From contig JANJGN010000026.1 of assembly GCA_026770705.1 (NCBI GenBank), positions 36,518,001 through 36,582,000 on the forward strand: a stretch of DNA of 64,000 nucleotides, read 5' to 3'. Source of the DNA: Isurus oxyrinchus (taxonomy: Eukaryota). Each line of letters begins with the position of its first letter. Position 1 is the stretch's first letter. Under the pieces are notes generated by a model. That model saw nothing but the letters and a program-made list of their open reading frames with translations, had not been told where the DNA came from and did no database searches. The position numbers and the translations under genes were made by a program. Of this stretch, positions 50,340 to 62,491 are shown one piece after another.

Positions 50340-51392
50340 AGTTAAGGATGTGATCTTACCTGTTTGTCCGGGGCGGGCAGAGGCGGAGGATGACAAGCAC
50401 AGAATGCCCTGGGGGTTTCAGCATGAGCTTGGAATGTGCCAGTCTGCGCATACTCAGCCCAGTGATCTGCAGTGGGGAGCATTGCAGTCATCACCAAGGC
50501 GCCTGCGTGGTGATGGTGGCTCACAAACACGACAATGGGACACGGGCATGGTTACAGGTGGCGGGAAAAGATAAACCCAGGTTACTGTGTGAGTTGATCA
50601 GCAAGAAAGAGGGACCAGGCAGCAAACAGGATGCTGTTAGCTGGCTATGTAGAGCTGGGGCTCAGGAGAAGTCACAGATGCCGTTTGATAGCTCCGTGCA
50701 CTTAGAGTTCAGAAGCCCTGGGCAGTAGAGAAAGGCAGCAGAAGGTGGCAGTCTCCATGCTGCTAAGAGGGTTAGGGCTCAGTGGAAGCTGTGGGAGCCA
50801 CTGATAGCTTGGTGCAGATGGGGAGATTGGAGCTCAGTAAAATGCCCGGGCAGTGGCAGCAGTGAAGCTAGCTGTATGTTCAAGAGCTGAAATTGTGCCA
50901 ATGATTAGAGATTGATGTGGAAACTCGGCATATAAGATCAAACCACCGGGAGGTGAACAGCCGTGAGGCAGTCCAAGTCAGAGCAGCTTTCGAGAGGATT
51001 CAGAGGGTTGTTCTTTGAAAATGAAGAGAGGAATCCCTCGTGAGGGAGACAAAGATTCTGTGGCTCACTGTGCTCACTGACGTCTTGGTGGTTTGCTGAG
51101 AAATCCATGGAATCTGTCTTGGTCTCATCTGCCTTTCAATATGCAATGAGGTCCGTTCAACCACAATTTGCTCACTATTTCATATTTACCTTATGTTAAT
51201 TATGAATATTAGAGTATCAGGTTGATATTGCAAATTGTTTTACATTGTTCCATTTGCATGGTGCTGCCAAAGCTTATTTTGTTTATTCGAAACTGTGAAA
51301 TATTGTGGCTGTATTCTGATATTAAGCAACCGGGATTTCGAACTTTGTCTACTTTAAACAAAACATTAGTGGTCCCTAACTGCTTGATAACA
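50340..51392. mobile_element. Possible solo LTR abutting the stop codon of the GPCR pseudogene
   Basis: (A)GTTAAG..ATAACA ends, imperfect CACC/CACT flanks and a compositional shift. Confidence 0.35.
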
Positions 51393-51394
51393 CA

Positions 51395-52286
51395 CTATTT
51401 AAAGCAAAAGGCAAGGGTCGCAAAGGGACATTTCAGCACCTTCTGCAGCTCATCCCTGAACTTGGTCTGGGCAACTGCGAAGATGAAGATGTTATTGCAG
51501 GAACTGAATAACAGGAGCATGTTGGCTGTCTCCTGAAGGATGAAGTGCGGGTCATTGAAATCTAGGCCGGTGAAATAGGCATCATCCACAACCTGCACGT
51601 AGAGGAAATGTCCGACATAGGTGACCACCAGGAGGAGGAAGCTGAAGGAGGTGGCGAAGAGCAGGACAATGGACCTCTTGCAGTTGGCAATCTCCGGGTC
51701 TCCATGACCCTCGATGTCCCGGAGCATCCTGCGTGTTCTGCTAAGATGTGCCTTACAGTCAGGGTATTGAGCAGCTGAATGAGGTGGAACGGGAAGAAAG
51801 GGATCAAGATGTGATCTAGCCAGTCGTAGGCCTGCCAGGTGGGCAAAATGTAGTAGCTGGACTTAATGTCGCAGAACGAAAACACCCCGTCCAGAATATA
51901 CAAGGGCTGGTAGGTGAAGTAGAAAGGGACGTTCTTGGTGCAGCCCAGGGCACTGACCAGTCCTATAACCAATAACGCAGCTTTCTCGGTGCAGTATCTG
52001 GTCTTTGGGCCCTGATTGCAGATGGACACAAAACGGTCAAAAATTAAGGTCACTGTCAGCCAGACTGAGACATCCCGGGTGGCATAGACAAGCACGGTGC
52101 TGACAGCGCACCCTGGAGTGGTAGATAGGACACTATACCTAAAGTAAATGCCACCAATCCGGTTGAGGATAATGGCATCGCTCATGACAAGGACATCAGT
52201 CACCGCTATCGCCACCAGGTAGTTAGTGATGCATCGGGAGAGCCCGCACCGCCCTCGGGATAGGATTATGATCACCACCAAGTTGG
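51395..52286 (-). pseudogene. GPR139-like GPCR pseudogene (exon 2 only), inverted paralog of 42530-43431
   Basis: ORFs 51562-52404 and 51395-51727 together match the intact paralog. There is a frameshifting deletion near 51730, the acceptor is AT instead of AG, and exon 1 is absent. Confidence 0.93.
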
Positions 52287-52515
52287 ATGTAAGAAATAAA
52301 AAGAGAGAAAAAAAACTGAGAGAACTCCAGACACCATCTTCTGCCTCATCCAATCTATTGCTGAAACTCTGATGATCAGTCCCTTCACCACCTCCAGACT
52401 CCAATTATTCCAAATTAGTTGCTAACTGTTCGACATCCAATGTTGCATTGAACATTTGTCAACACAGAGGACATTACAATCAGTTCTGGTCACAAACTCT
52501 GCCCTCTATCCACTG

Positions 52516-53014
52516 CGCCTCGTCTTCCACACTCAGGCCGCTTATATTGAGATAACCGGACTGTTTAGACTTGTCAGCAGCCGCCAGATATCGTCCTGAG
52601 ATTTCATCTTTTCTCAGTCCTACTACTTTGGTAATTATCCAGCTTGGAGGCTGTGCCGATTTATGCCGATACCATTGCATAATGTCTATAGCCTGGTCTG
52701 TATATTCGCAATCTAACTGCACCAAACCCCCTTCTGACACGGTTAACATCACTGGGGTCTGAGTTACTGGATCGGCACACAGTCCGCCTGTGAAAATAGA
52801 GAAACAGAAGAGTATACGGTTAAAGAGGATCCATCTAAACATCTAAATAACTGCGCAAATTCCCATGAACAAAGCTGTTCATAATATGTATACATCTGCT
52901 CGTTAATCCTATTAATTGCTAGTGCAAACCCTTTGCCTCAATCTGCTAATATGTTTTGATTAACATAATCCAGTACTTACTGCCCCAGACAGCCGCCAGT
53001 ATAATCAGAAACAT
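52516..53014 (-). pseudogene. TCR V with intact leader, truncated before YYC and RSS
   Basis: Leader MFLIILAAVWG (53014-52981, GT donor). The exon from 52787 reads GLCADPVTQTP..QLDC..WYRH..LSVEDEA, then switches abruptly to GPCR-intron-like sequence. Confidence 0.92.
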
Positions 53015-53096
53015 GTCTGTCCGAATCTCTTTCAGAGAATGTGAATGGAATGAGCCAGAGATTGAAGAGGAGAGAGGGAACACCGGATTTGTTCCG

Positions 53097-53192
53097 CTCA
53101 TTGTTCCACCCACACACTGCAGGGGGCCAGGCCCGTTGTGATCTCATTGTTCCACCCACACACTGCAGGGAGCCAGGCCCGTTGTGATCTCA
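53097..53192. repeat. 46-bp tandem duplication in a V promoter/5' UTR
   Basis: CTCATTGTTCCACCCACACACTGCAGGG..GGCCCGTTGTGAT at 53097 and 53143. Confidence 0.9.
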
Positions 53193-53260
53193 CTCAGGAA
53201 ACCATCTCTATTGGTCTTGACGTTGGCCACACGTGACTTTCTAATTAGCATGCTTGGGCT

Positions 53261-53276
53261 TGGCGCCCTCTGCTGG
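53261..53276 (-). promoter_or_regulatory. Candidate CTCF site upstream of a V promoter
   Basis: CCAGCAGAGGGCGCCA. A paralogous CCAGTAGAGGGCGTC at 58429-58443 lies upstream of the 58635 V. Confidence 0.7.
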
Positions 53277-54328
53277 TGGATTCTGTTTTCATCCGGTTAA
53301 GGGGGCCATTGATTGGATTTGGGGTTTATTGATTTACATATCAAAATATGAATGTCATTTTTTTCCCAGAAGTCTAAATGGGAGCTGATCAGAATCAATC
53401 TTTTTTTCGTTGGTGTTTATGCAATATTTAAATAATATTAAACGTTTATAACTCGCTGTTTAGGGATCAGGGAACCACCATTTACATTGAATGTCAAGAT
53501 ATTGGAGGTAATACACCAGAATGGTACCAGGAATGACGGCCTCCAATAATGGACGAAGGAAATTGGTAATACTATTCCTATGTCAAAGAATTAAAGGAAG
53601 TACTTAATTGAAGTACTCAAAATTATGAGAGGTTTGATGAACCAGATCGTGTACTGTTGTTTCCACTGGGAGAAAATTCGATAATCCAAGTACCCAAGTT
53701 TAAGAGAAAAGAGACAGGGAAAGTTTATATTCACGTATCACACTACCATGTGTTCAAATCTGAATTGTACTGTCTAAAGGGATGGCAAAATATTCATTAG
53801 AAACTTAGAGAAGAAAAGTATATGTAAGTTAGAAGAAAATTACATGCAACTTCAAAGAAGAAACAAACTGCCGACCTTCGTGGAAAATGTGGGGTTGAAA
53901 GATGAATTGATAACTCTTCCCATGAGGCATAGACATGATAGGCCGAATTGCCTCAATTTCTTGCTCTAAGATTCGATGATTCTAGTTCCTTCATGTCCCT
54001 CCCACTTTACTTGTTGTCAGTCACTTGAACAGTCAGCAGGTGAGGGATAGTCATTGACCTTGAAGGTTCAACAGTCACTATTTCCGCTCCATCAGTTCCG
54101 AGTGCAGATGAGAGTCACCGCACACTTCACAATATTGAGTCTACGGTATCCCCTCCCACAGTTTCCGTTTGCTGCTCTCGCTCTGACTCGAGTTTGTTAT
54201 TGGAGAAATTGCTGCCGCTGGTCCACTCCTGTCATTGGTTGGATCAGTAGTGCAGTGGGGTGGGGATTTGTATTTCTGCTCCGACAAAAGCCTCCTCGCA
54301 CTGCAGAGTTACAGACTCAGGAACTGTC

Positions 54329-54872
54329 ATGGGGAACCGTTTCGCTTTTTCCTCATCATTATGTCACTTCTCAGTAAATATTTCCTTCCCCATGAATAAT
54401 CCGTTTCTTCTAATTACTGTAACACAGATGTTGTTCTTGACAAAGAAATATTGATGGTGATGGTGATGATTATGTTGATCAATATGAGGCTGATACTGAT
54501 TGTTGTTATTGCTATTGTCTTATGTTAGACTGGAGCCACCAAGACATAGCGGAACTGCCGGTTGCTGCAATAACGTTTGACGAGAAAAGTAATATTACAG
54601 TAGCTTGCACATTGAAAACAAGCACTTCTAACCGTTATGTGTACTGGTACAGTCAGCGCCCCGAGCAGCCTCCACAGTACATGCTTTATATTCTGGGAGG
54701 GAAACCATTCAGAAATAAGGACATCAGTGATCGGTTTTCAGCAATGTTTAATGAAACTGTAAAGATTACCGAACTCATGATCAGTAACATCCTGATCTCT
54801 GACAGCGCGGTATATTTCTGTGCGATGGACCCCACACTGCTGCAGAGATATAGCGGATACCGTACAAAAACC
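54329..54872 (+). pseudogene. TCR V with an open V exon (54529-54832) but an out-of-phase leader
   Basis: The V reads ITVACTLK..YVYWYSQRPEQPPQY..SDSAVYFCAMDP. RSS is CACACTG(54833)-24-ACAAAAACC. The leader exon is 45 nt (phase 0) but the acceptor needs phase 1. Confidence 0.85.
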
Positions 54873-54896
54873 CACACTGAGAGTTCCAGTTAGTGG

Positions 54897-54911
54897 TCAG
54901 CAGAGGGCGTT
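54897..54911 (+). promoter_or_regulatory. Candidate RSS-proximal CTCF site
   Basis: TCAGCAGAGGGCGTT, 24 bp after the nonamer. Confidence 0.55.
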
Positions 54912-55682
54912 CTCAAACCGAAAAACAGGAGCAATAATCCCGCCTCCACAGTGAGAAAAGTTGCAAAAAAACACAGCCTTCTACAAGAATAAAAAATGAC
55001 AATTTCAACAGTAATATTAATTTGCGATTTCAAATTACACATGTAATAACATTAACATTACGGACCAATTTGTGGTGCCTTACGTCACTTCTTTCTCTTT
55101 GGATGCCTTTCCTGCCGATTTGATCCTTCTCCCGCCCTGTCTCCACGCGTTATCCATATTTTCAGACATCTCCTTCATCGGACTTTCGTTTAAAGGTTTC
55201 AAACCTTTGATACTTCGTTGAACATTAACTCAGAACTATGCTAACCCAGCCGTCCATAGGCTCTGTCCCAGTTTTAAACGGTTTAGCCAATGAAAACTCA
55301 ATTTATTATTGAATTATTTACTAATGCTGACACACGTGTTCACCCTGCTCGCCTCCAATTTGGAATAAATCTGAAAGAACAGCAGTTATTATCGAGAGGC
55401 AGAGATATATCACTTTCGAAGGGGACATTATTATTGAATTCAGCTCCTTACAAATGGGTCCGATGTGTGACAACATTTACTGCTCTAGCGCCGCCCACAC
55501 ATTCCGTTTGCTGCCGTCGCTCTGACCCGCCTTGCCTCCCCTGTTATTGAGCAGTTTGATGCCGCTGCTCTCTGTTTGGCATTGTTTGGATCAGCAGTTC
55601 AGCGGGACGGGGCTCACACAGCACAAACAAATTTTGATCAACACAGTTTAACCGCTTGATATTTCGTTCCTCTACCTTGAAG

Positions 55683-56003
55683 GCAGACTATGCGCACATC
55701 CAGTAACTGAGGCACCGGTTGCAATAACGGTGTCAGAAGGGGGTTCGTTGCAGTTAGACTGTGAATATAGAGAACGGAATATGTACTACATGCAATGGTA
55801 TCGGCAGCAGACGGCACAGCCTGCAAACTGGATTATTACCAATATCATAGCACTGAAGAAAGATGAAATTTCAGGACGATATCTGGCGGCTGCTGACCAG
55901 TCTCAAAAGAACGGTTACCTCAAAATCAGCCAACTGAGTGTGGAGGACGAGGCGGTTTATTACTGTGCAGTGAGGCACAGAGTTAGAATCTTGTAAAACA
56001 ACC
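55683..56003 (+). pseudogene. Leaderless open TCR V exon with a 12-bp-spacer RSS
   Basis: The acceptor ends at 55682. The exon reads RLCAHPVTEAP..QLDC..WYRQ..LSVEDEAVYYCAVR with no stops. RSS is CACAGAG(55976)-TTAGAATCTTGT-AAAACAACC. No leader exon is present. Confidence 0.88.
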
Positions 56004-56589
56004 TCAGCGGCTTTTGATCCCCGGTTCCAGAGGAGCAAAACAGACAGATCTATTTACCGCTGTTTTATTGTTCTGTTTGTCCTTGTCCAAATCCACAGAG
56101 AAGCAGATTTGGGAAATATATAAACTTATCTTCATCCGCCTTTTATAGGGTAAATAGCTCCCAAATTACGCGGATATCGATTTGCCAACAGAGGCAAAGA
56201 AAGCTCTCAGAAGTGGAGTTCCTATAACTGATAATTCTGGGTTGCCTTACAGTACCGTTAACTCAGGTGGACCCAGGATGGATTGGTGGATGGGTGGATT
56301 GATTAGTTTTTATTGGGGAAAAATAATTCTATTATTTCGTTGGACGGGGGCGTGAATATCTTCATTCACATTGAGCAAGTGCACTTTTTGAGACGATGGT
56401 CAATTAGATATCAAGCAATCTCTCAGATCAATTAGTCATCAAGGGTCTATATTTACTGGCCTCTCTGCTCAGCAGAATGCGCCGTTAAAGTCTTAGTTCT
56501 CAGAAATCAATAGATTTGTGGTTATGGAATTGACATCAGACCAATGAGATCCAGTGATCTCAGCTCTTCCTTTGGCAGGTTCTGCAGGG

Positions 56590-56599
56590 AGTGACATCA
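56590..56599 (+). promoter_or_regulatory. TCR V promoter CRE-like decamer
   Basis: AGTGACATCA about 100 bp upstream of the leader ATG at 56694, with a second TGACATCA near 56532. Confidence 0.7.
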
Positions 56600-56693
56600 G
56601 ATCAGAAGCAGCCAGTGTTCTCAGCTTTTTCTTGTTTCATATTCTGCGGGTTTCTGACGCACAAATTGTCCCCCGAACCCCGGAGCAGCTGCA

Positions 56694-57622
56694 ATGCGAA
56701 TCTCCGTTCTCGCTGTGATCTGGATGACATTCGTTGTCGGCAAGAAATTTAAAACATTTTTAAAGAAGGCTTCAGTTTCTGGAGGGATAAATATGAAGAA
56801 AAAGACTGGGGAATTCATGTTAATCAAGCGCTGGACCTACGTTAGAGTGCACTTAAGTTATTGCCTGCAGACTTGGTATCTTCCTTATAAGAAGAATAAA
56901 GAGACATAAAACTCAATGTAAAAATTAATTACAATGCTGATGCCAGAATTGAGAGATAACTCTCGAAGAACACTGAAGAGACTGGGCGTATTTCCTCGAG
57001 TAATCAGAAGACTGATGGGTAACCAGATAGAGCTCTTTAACATGAGGAGGGGTTTCGATCGGGAAGATATGGGAAAGATGCATACAGTTGAGGAGAATTC
57101 CAAAACTTTGGCTCATAAGTAAGAGTCACAGAAAGACCCAAAGGGGAATTCATGAGAAACTTCTTTCTCCTTTAGAATATGGAATTCACTGTCAGAAGGA
57201 GGAGATGAGCAAAATTTTCAGTGTCAGTTCTTTTTAGTCGAACTTTTAGTCGATGGTTTCCGTTTTCATTAACCGTGTCTTCCAGATCTGATCCATGGAG
57301 ATTCTGTTACTCATGCCGAATCCTCACAGGCAGTGGGAAAAGATGTCATTTTAACCTGCAGCTATACTGACGATGTTTATTACTATTTCTGGTACCAACA
57401 AGGCCCAGGCAGACAGTCCGAGTTTGCAATCTGCAGGCACAAGAGCGGCAGTTGTGAACTGAAGGCAGATTTCGCTCAGGACCGGTTTTCTGATACAGTC
57501 CACCAGTTAGGCAAGTTGTATCGATTGACCATCTCGGAGCTGCAGCTGTCTGACACCACGGTCTATTAGTGTGCACAGAGTCTCACAGCGATGGAACCGA
57601 GCGGAACCCTCATACAACAACT
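56694..57622 (+). pseudogene. TCR Vdelta-like pseudogene
   Basis: Leader MRISVLAVIWMTFVV (GC donor). The V exon from 57286 reads DSVTH..ILTC..WYQQ..KADFAQDRF..SDTTVY*C. RSS is CACAGCG(57584)-23-ACAACAACT. Confidence 0.93.
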
Positions 57623-58634
57623 GCTGCAGCTTTCTGGGTCGCAGTTGCTATCTGCTGAGGGCTGTTTATAACAACGGGTCAGACACTGGCACGTGAATCC
57701 ATTCTGTGCCCGCAGACCCCGAGCACAATCCACATAAACACCATCTAAAATTACTCACATCGAATACTGATTCAGTCTGATTAGTGTATTCATTTTGTGA
57801 GGTCAAAATTGGCTTTTGTTTGATTGGGCTCTCTGGAAATGCGCAACTCCCATTGAGAATACAAACCCCTGTAGGCCGCCTGTAATCAGGTTTTTCCCTG
57901 TACCGCTGTTATGGAAAGAACCCAGGGAAAAAGAACAAATAATGTTTGTTTTGAAATATCAGTCTATAGTGGGTCTTCGGTCACGTGTTGGTCAGACAAG
58001 ACAAGGATGCCAAATTTCCTTCCCAAAAGGCATTGGTGAACTAGGTATTCGGTGTCAATCGATGTCATCACTTCATTATCACCATTACCGAGATTAGTTT
58101 TATACTCTAGATTTATTAATTGAATTTAAGTTCCATCAGCTGTCGTGGTGTGATTTGAACCCGTGTTCCCCAAAGTGTTGGCCTGGATCCTGGATTACTA
58201 GTCCCGTGATATTGCCAACACTCCAACATCTCCTCACATTTAGCATCAATTCCTGTCAGTAACATCAAAAACAATACAGACAACGACTACTCAGGTCCAA
58301 ATTCGATTCCTGTGAGAGATTGTCTGACATTGGCCCTTTAATATGAAAACCAAGAAGCCCTAGATCCTATCAATGACCACATTCCACTTATCAATGGCCC
58401 CATTCTAAACAGGTCCGAACACTCTTCGCCAGTAGAGGGCGTCCAGGGCATCACCAAGTCTCGTGAAACGAACACCAAAGCCAATATGGATGGTTTCTTG
58501 AGTGATGTTGCAATGGCCCCAGCCCTCTGCAGTGTGCACGTGGAACAATGAACTGAACAGAGCCCGGGTTCCTTCTCCACTTCTCAATCACTGGATCGTT
58601 GAATTCACATTCACTGAGAAAGATTCAGTCAGAC

Positions 58635-59211
58635 ATATTTCTGATAATACTGACAGCTGTCTTGGACTGTCAATGCTGGATTATGTTCATCATTAAAATA
58701 AACAAATTAACACATTGATCCAATTGCAGCTTGTACAGGTATTCAATGTTGTTAGCGATCCTGTATATGCATATTATGGACAGTTTGGTAGGTGGGAATT
58801 TACATAAACTCATACAGCTAAACACAGGTTTAGATCGATCCGGTTTAACCTCCTGGATTTTGTTCCTCTAACTTCACAGGTGGACTATGTGCAGATGCAG
58901 TAACACAGTCTCTGGTGACACTGGCCGTGTCAGAAGGGGATTTGGTGAAGTGAGACTGCGGATATAAAACCCTGTATTTATACATCATGTAATAGTATTG
59001 GCAGAAACCGGCACAGCCTCCAAGCTGGATCATTAGCAAAGCAGCAGCACTGAAGGGATTGAAAATCTGAGAACGATATCTGGCTGCTGCTGACCAGGCT
59101 GCACAGCCCGATTACCTCAATGTAAGCAGCCTGGGTGTGGAGGACCGGGCGGTCAACTCATGTGCAGCGAGACACAATGTCAGATAAAATCGAAGAACCC
59201 GGACAGTAAGC
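58635..59211 (+). pseudogene. Duplicate of V pseudogene 152-728
   Basis: Same lesions; heptamer CACAATG at 59173. Confidence 0.88.
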
Positions 59212-59993
59212 TCAACGAGTGTTCACAGCTCCATTAATTTCTCTTTGGCTCTTTCATCTGCGGGAAACAAAGCCGACTGAGAACAAAGATTAGCAGGTTT
59301 GTTTATCAAACAATTGCATTGCTGTTTTTGTCCTTCTCCACATCAACAGGGAACAGGTCTGGGAAATCTTGAGCCTTATCTTCATGTCCGGAGCTCTATC
59401 TACTCAGTAAATGTCTCGAAGTTCACCCGGAATATTGATGTGTGAACAGAGGTAGAGAAGGTTCTCAGATATTCAGTAACTAAAGCCTAACATTATGAAA
59501 TGTTCTTCCAGGCCGTTAACTCAGGCAGACCGGAGGACATTCTTCGCCATTCATTCCTGTAACAAAATATAGAATTTATCCAAGTCTGGGACTAGATGTA
59601 ACATATGAAATATACAACGGCGATTTTTACCTAGACTCAGCATATAACACGACAATTGTTACAATAAAGGGACGCGGAGAGCATCTGATTTCGATTTCGA
59701 CAGGGAATAACTGAATGTAGAAAGTTTTTTCAGGTATTTTTGCTCTGATATTAAAGAGTGATCACATGTCAGGGGCAGAATCACTTATTGGGATACCGAG
59801 GGAGAGTGTTAATAAACATGCAGCTCTCTGATAATGGCACAAGCGACAAACGGTCGTAAGAACAAACATCACAGGCCTCGCGTTTGCCAGTCGCTGGCAC
59901 TTCAAAACATTAATATGTGAATCGAGCACCGATCCAGATGGTTTTCCAGGAAAAATATCCTGCTGGTATTTCAGAACCAATATCTGAAATATA

Positions 59994-60413
59994 ATGCACG
60001 CTGCTGGGGCTTTCACCCTTATATTTCCATGGAGCTGTTCTGACTTAAGAAAAATAAGTTGGATGATAACGATTGTTTTGCATGATTAGTTTGCATTTAC
60101 AGCGGCCTGTGGTGCAGATAGTATATCCCTAAGCGAGCAGGGGACGGCGCAGGTGGGGAAAGAGGCTCAAATCCGAATACCAGGAATGATTGGATTCCGT
60201 GGTGCTGGAAATTATCATTCCCCACAGCAGAATTCATAATCTCCCTCTATCAGGGCAGAGCAACCAAGGAAACCGAACGGTTTGGAAAGTGTCTTGACTG
60301 GAAAATGATTTTAACACTCTTTGTAGGTAAGAAACGGCAGTTTCAGACACCTGGGTGTATGACTGCAGGAAGAGGCACATGTGGAAAACGGTTACCGATC
60401 CTGTAGAACGACT
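59994..60413 (+). pseudogene. Duplicate of V relic 1511-1930
   Basis: Near-identical sequence. Confidence 0.55.
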
Positions 60414-60660
60414 CTCATTCTTCTCAATCATCGAGTTAATTACTTTCATCCTCACCACCTCGAGTAACCCTTTGTCAGTAGAACAAAGAAAAATTATAGT
60501 ATTGCCTTATAGTGTCATCTGACAAAGATCTGAAAGGTTAATGGCGTTGATGCTGTGGGCGGACACACTTGTTAGAACCCGAAAGGACCTGGGATTGATG
60601 TGTCCGTGATTTCACCCGGAAACATCAAATATGATGGGCTAATTGTGGCAAAGGCAGTAA

Positions 60661-60710
<50 letters not shown>

Positions 60711-62418
60711 GTGTGTGTGTGTGTGATTTTGATAGTGTCCAACAGGGGTTGGATTGGTAAAGATGTGTGAGAAAACCAGGGATGCATTAGAGATTGATAT
60801 AATATTTCTGCTGTTTAATTGTATACCTCTGGAAATTAGCAACAGCTCCCTTGTTATGTAATGGCCTCGTGAGCCTGGTGACTGTTGAAAATAACGTGTT
60901 AATCAATACATCTGGGATCAGCTGCTCCTATTGAATAATTCACCAGTTATCTCCTACGTTAAGTTTAAATACCTGAAGTGTATGTGAGGAATTTAATTTC
61001 TTATTGTCCAACGGTTAAGTTTGTATTATTGCAGTGAATGAAGTCAGTTAAAAGCAATCTATTGCTGTGAGCTTGTTGATGTTTTGTGCGAAATCACTAG
61101 ATTCAACGTTTCAAATCAAGAATGAAACGGAGCTTAATTTCCACAGGATAAAGTAAGCGGTCTCTGTTTGTCTTTCATTCCTTGATCAATCTCCTCTAAC
61201 AATACACTGAATGGCTTCAGAATGGTATCTACAAAACGCACTGCTGGAACTCACCAAGTCTCTTTCGACAGCACATTCCAAACCCGCGGCCACGGAATCT
61301 AGAAGGACAAGGGCAGCAGATAGATGGGAACACCATCACTTGGAAGTTCCCCTCCAAATCACTCACCATCCTGACTTGGAAATATATCGCCGTTCCTTCA
61401 TTGTTGCTACGTCAAAATCCTGGGTCTCCCTCCCTAATAGCACTGTGGGTGTACACTGCTGCAATGAAAACTTCAAATTGATGAATGAGTCTCTAGTAGC
61501 GATATGAGGGAATTGCGCTCTCGCAGTTTCTGAAACTTAACGAAAAAATATCAGCAGCATCTTTTGTGGCCACCTAATGTGGCTATTTGAATGTATATGT
61601 ATGTTTGCTCTTGTATGTTTATCTGTATGTACCCGTGCGGTGTTCCGATGTTCTCCAGTGGAGGGCGCTCGCTGCTGACTTGACCAACTGCAGGATGAGT
61701 TTTTTCATTCATTTATGGGGTGTGGGAGCCGCTAGCTGGATGATCATTTATCGCCCTTCCCTTATTGCTCTTGAGAAGGTGGTGGTGAGCTGCCTTCTTG
61801 AACCGCTGCTGAACTTGTGGTGTAGACAAACCGACAGTGCTGATAGTGGGGGAGTTCCTGGAACTTCACCCAGCGACAGTGCAGGAACGGCTGACATATT
61901 TCCAAGTTAGTTTGGTGTGTGGCTTGGAGGGGAACTTCCAGGAGGTGTTGTATGTTTGTGTGGTTATGAAAGTGTCCAGCAGAGGACAGGTTGCTAAATG
62001 TCTGCATGTGTGCTTGTGTGTTTGATTATGTTAGTGTCCAGCAGAGGGTAAATTGCCAAAGATGTGCCTAAGGGTGATTATGACGGTGTCCAGCAGAGTG
62101 TAGATTGCTAAAATTGTGCATCCCTTTGTGCGTGTGTGTGTATGTGTGTGTGTGCGTGTGTGTGTGTGTATGTGTATGTGTGATTATGGCAGTCGCAGCA
62201 GAGAGTAGATTGCTAAAGGTGTGTGAGGGTGTGTGTGTGTATGATCATGACAGTGCACAGCAGAGGGAAGGGACTGAAGGGGTGTATGTGTCTGCATGTG
62301 AGTGTGTGTGTGAGAGAGTGCGTGTGATTGAGTGCGTGTGTGTGTGTTTGCGTGTGTGTGCGTGTGTATGTGATTGTGACAGTGTCCAGCAGAGTGTAGG
62401 TTGCTAAGGGTGTGTGTG

Positions 62419-62491
<73 letters not shown>

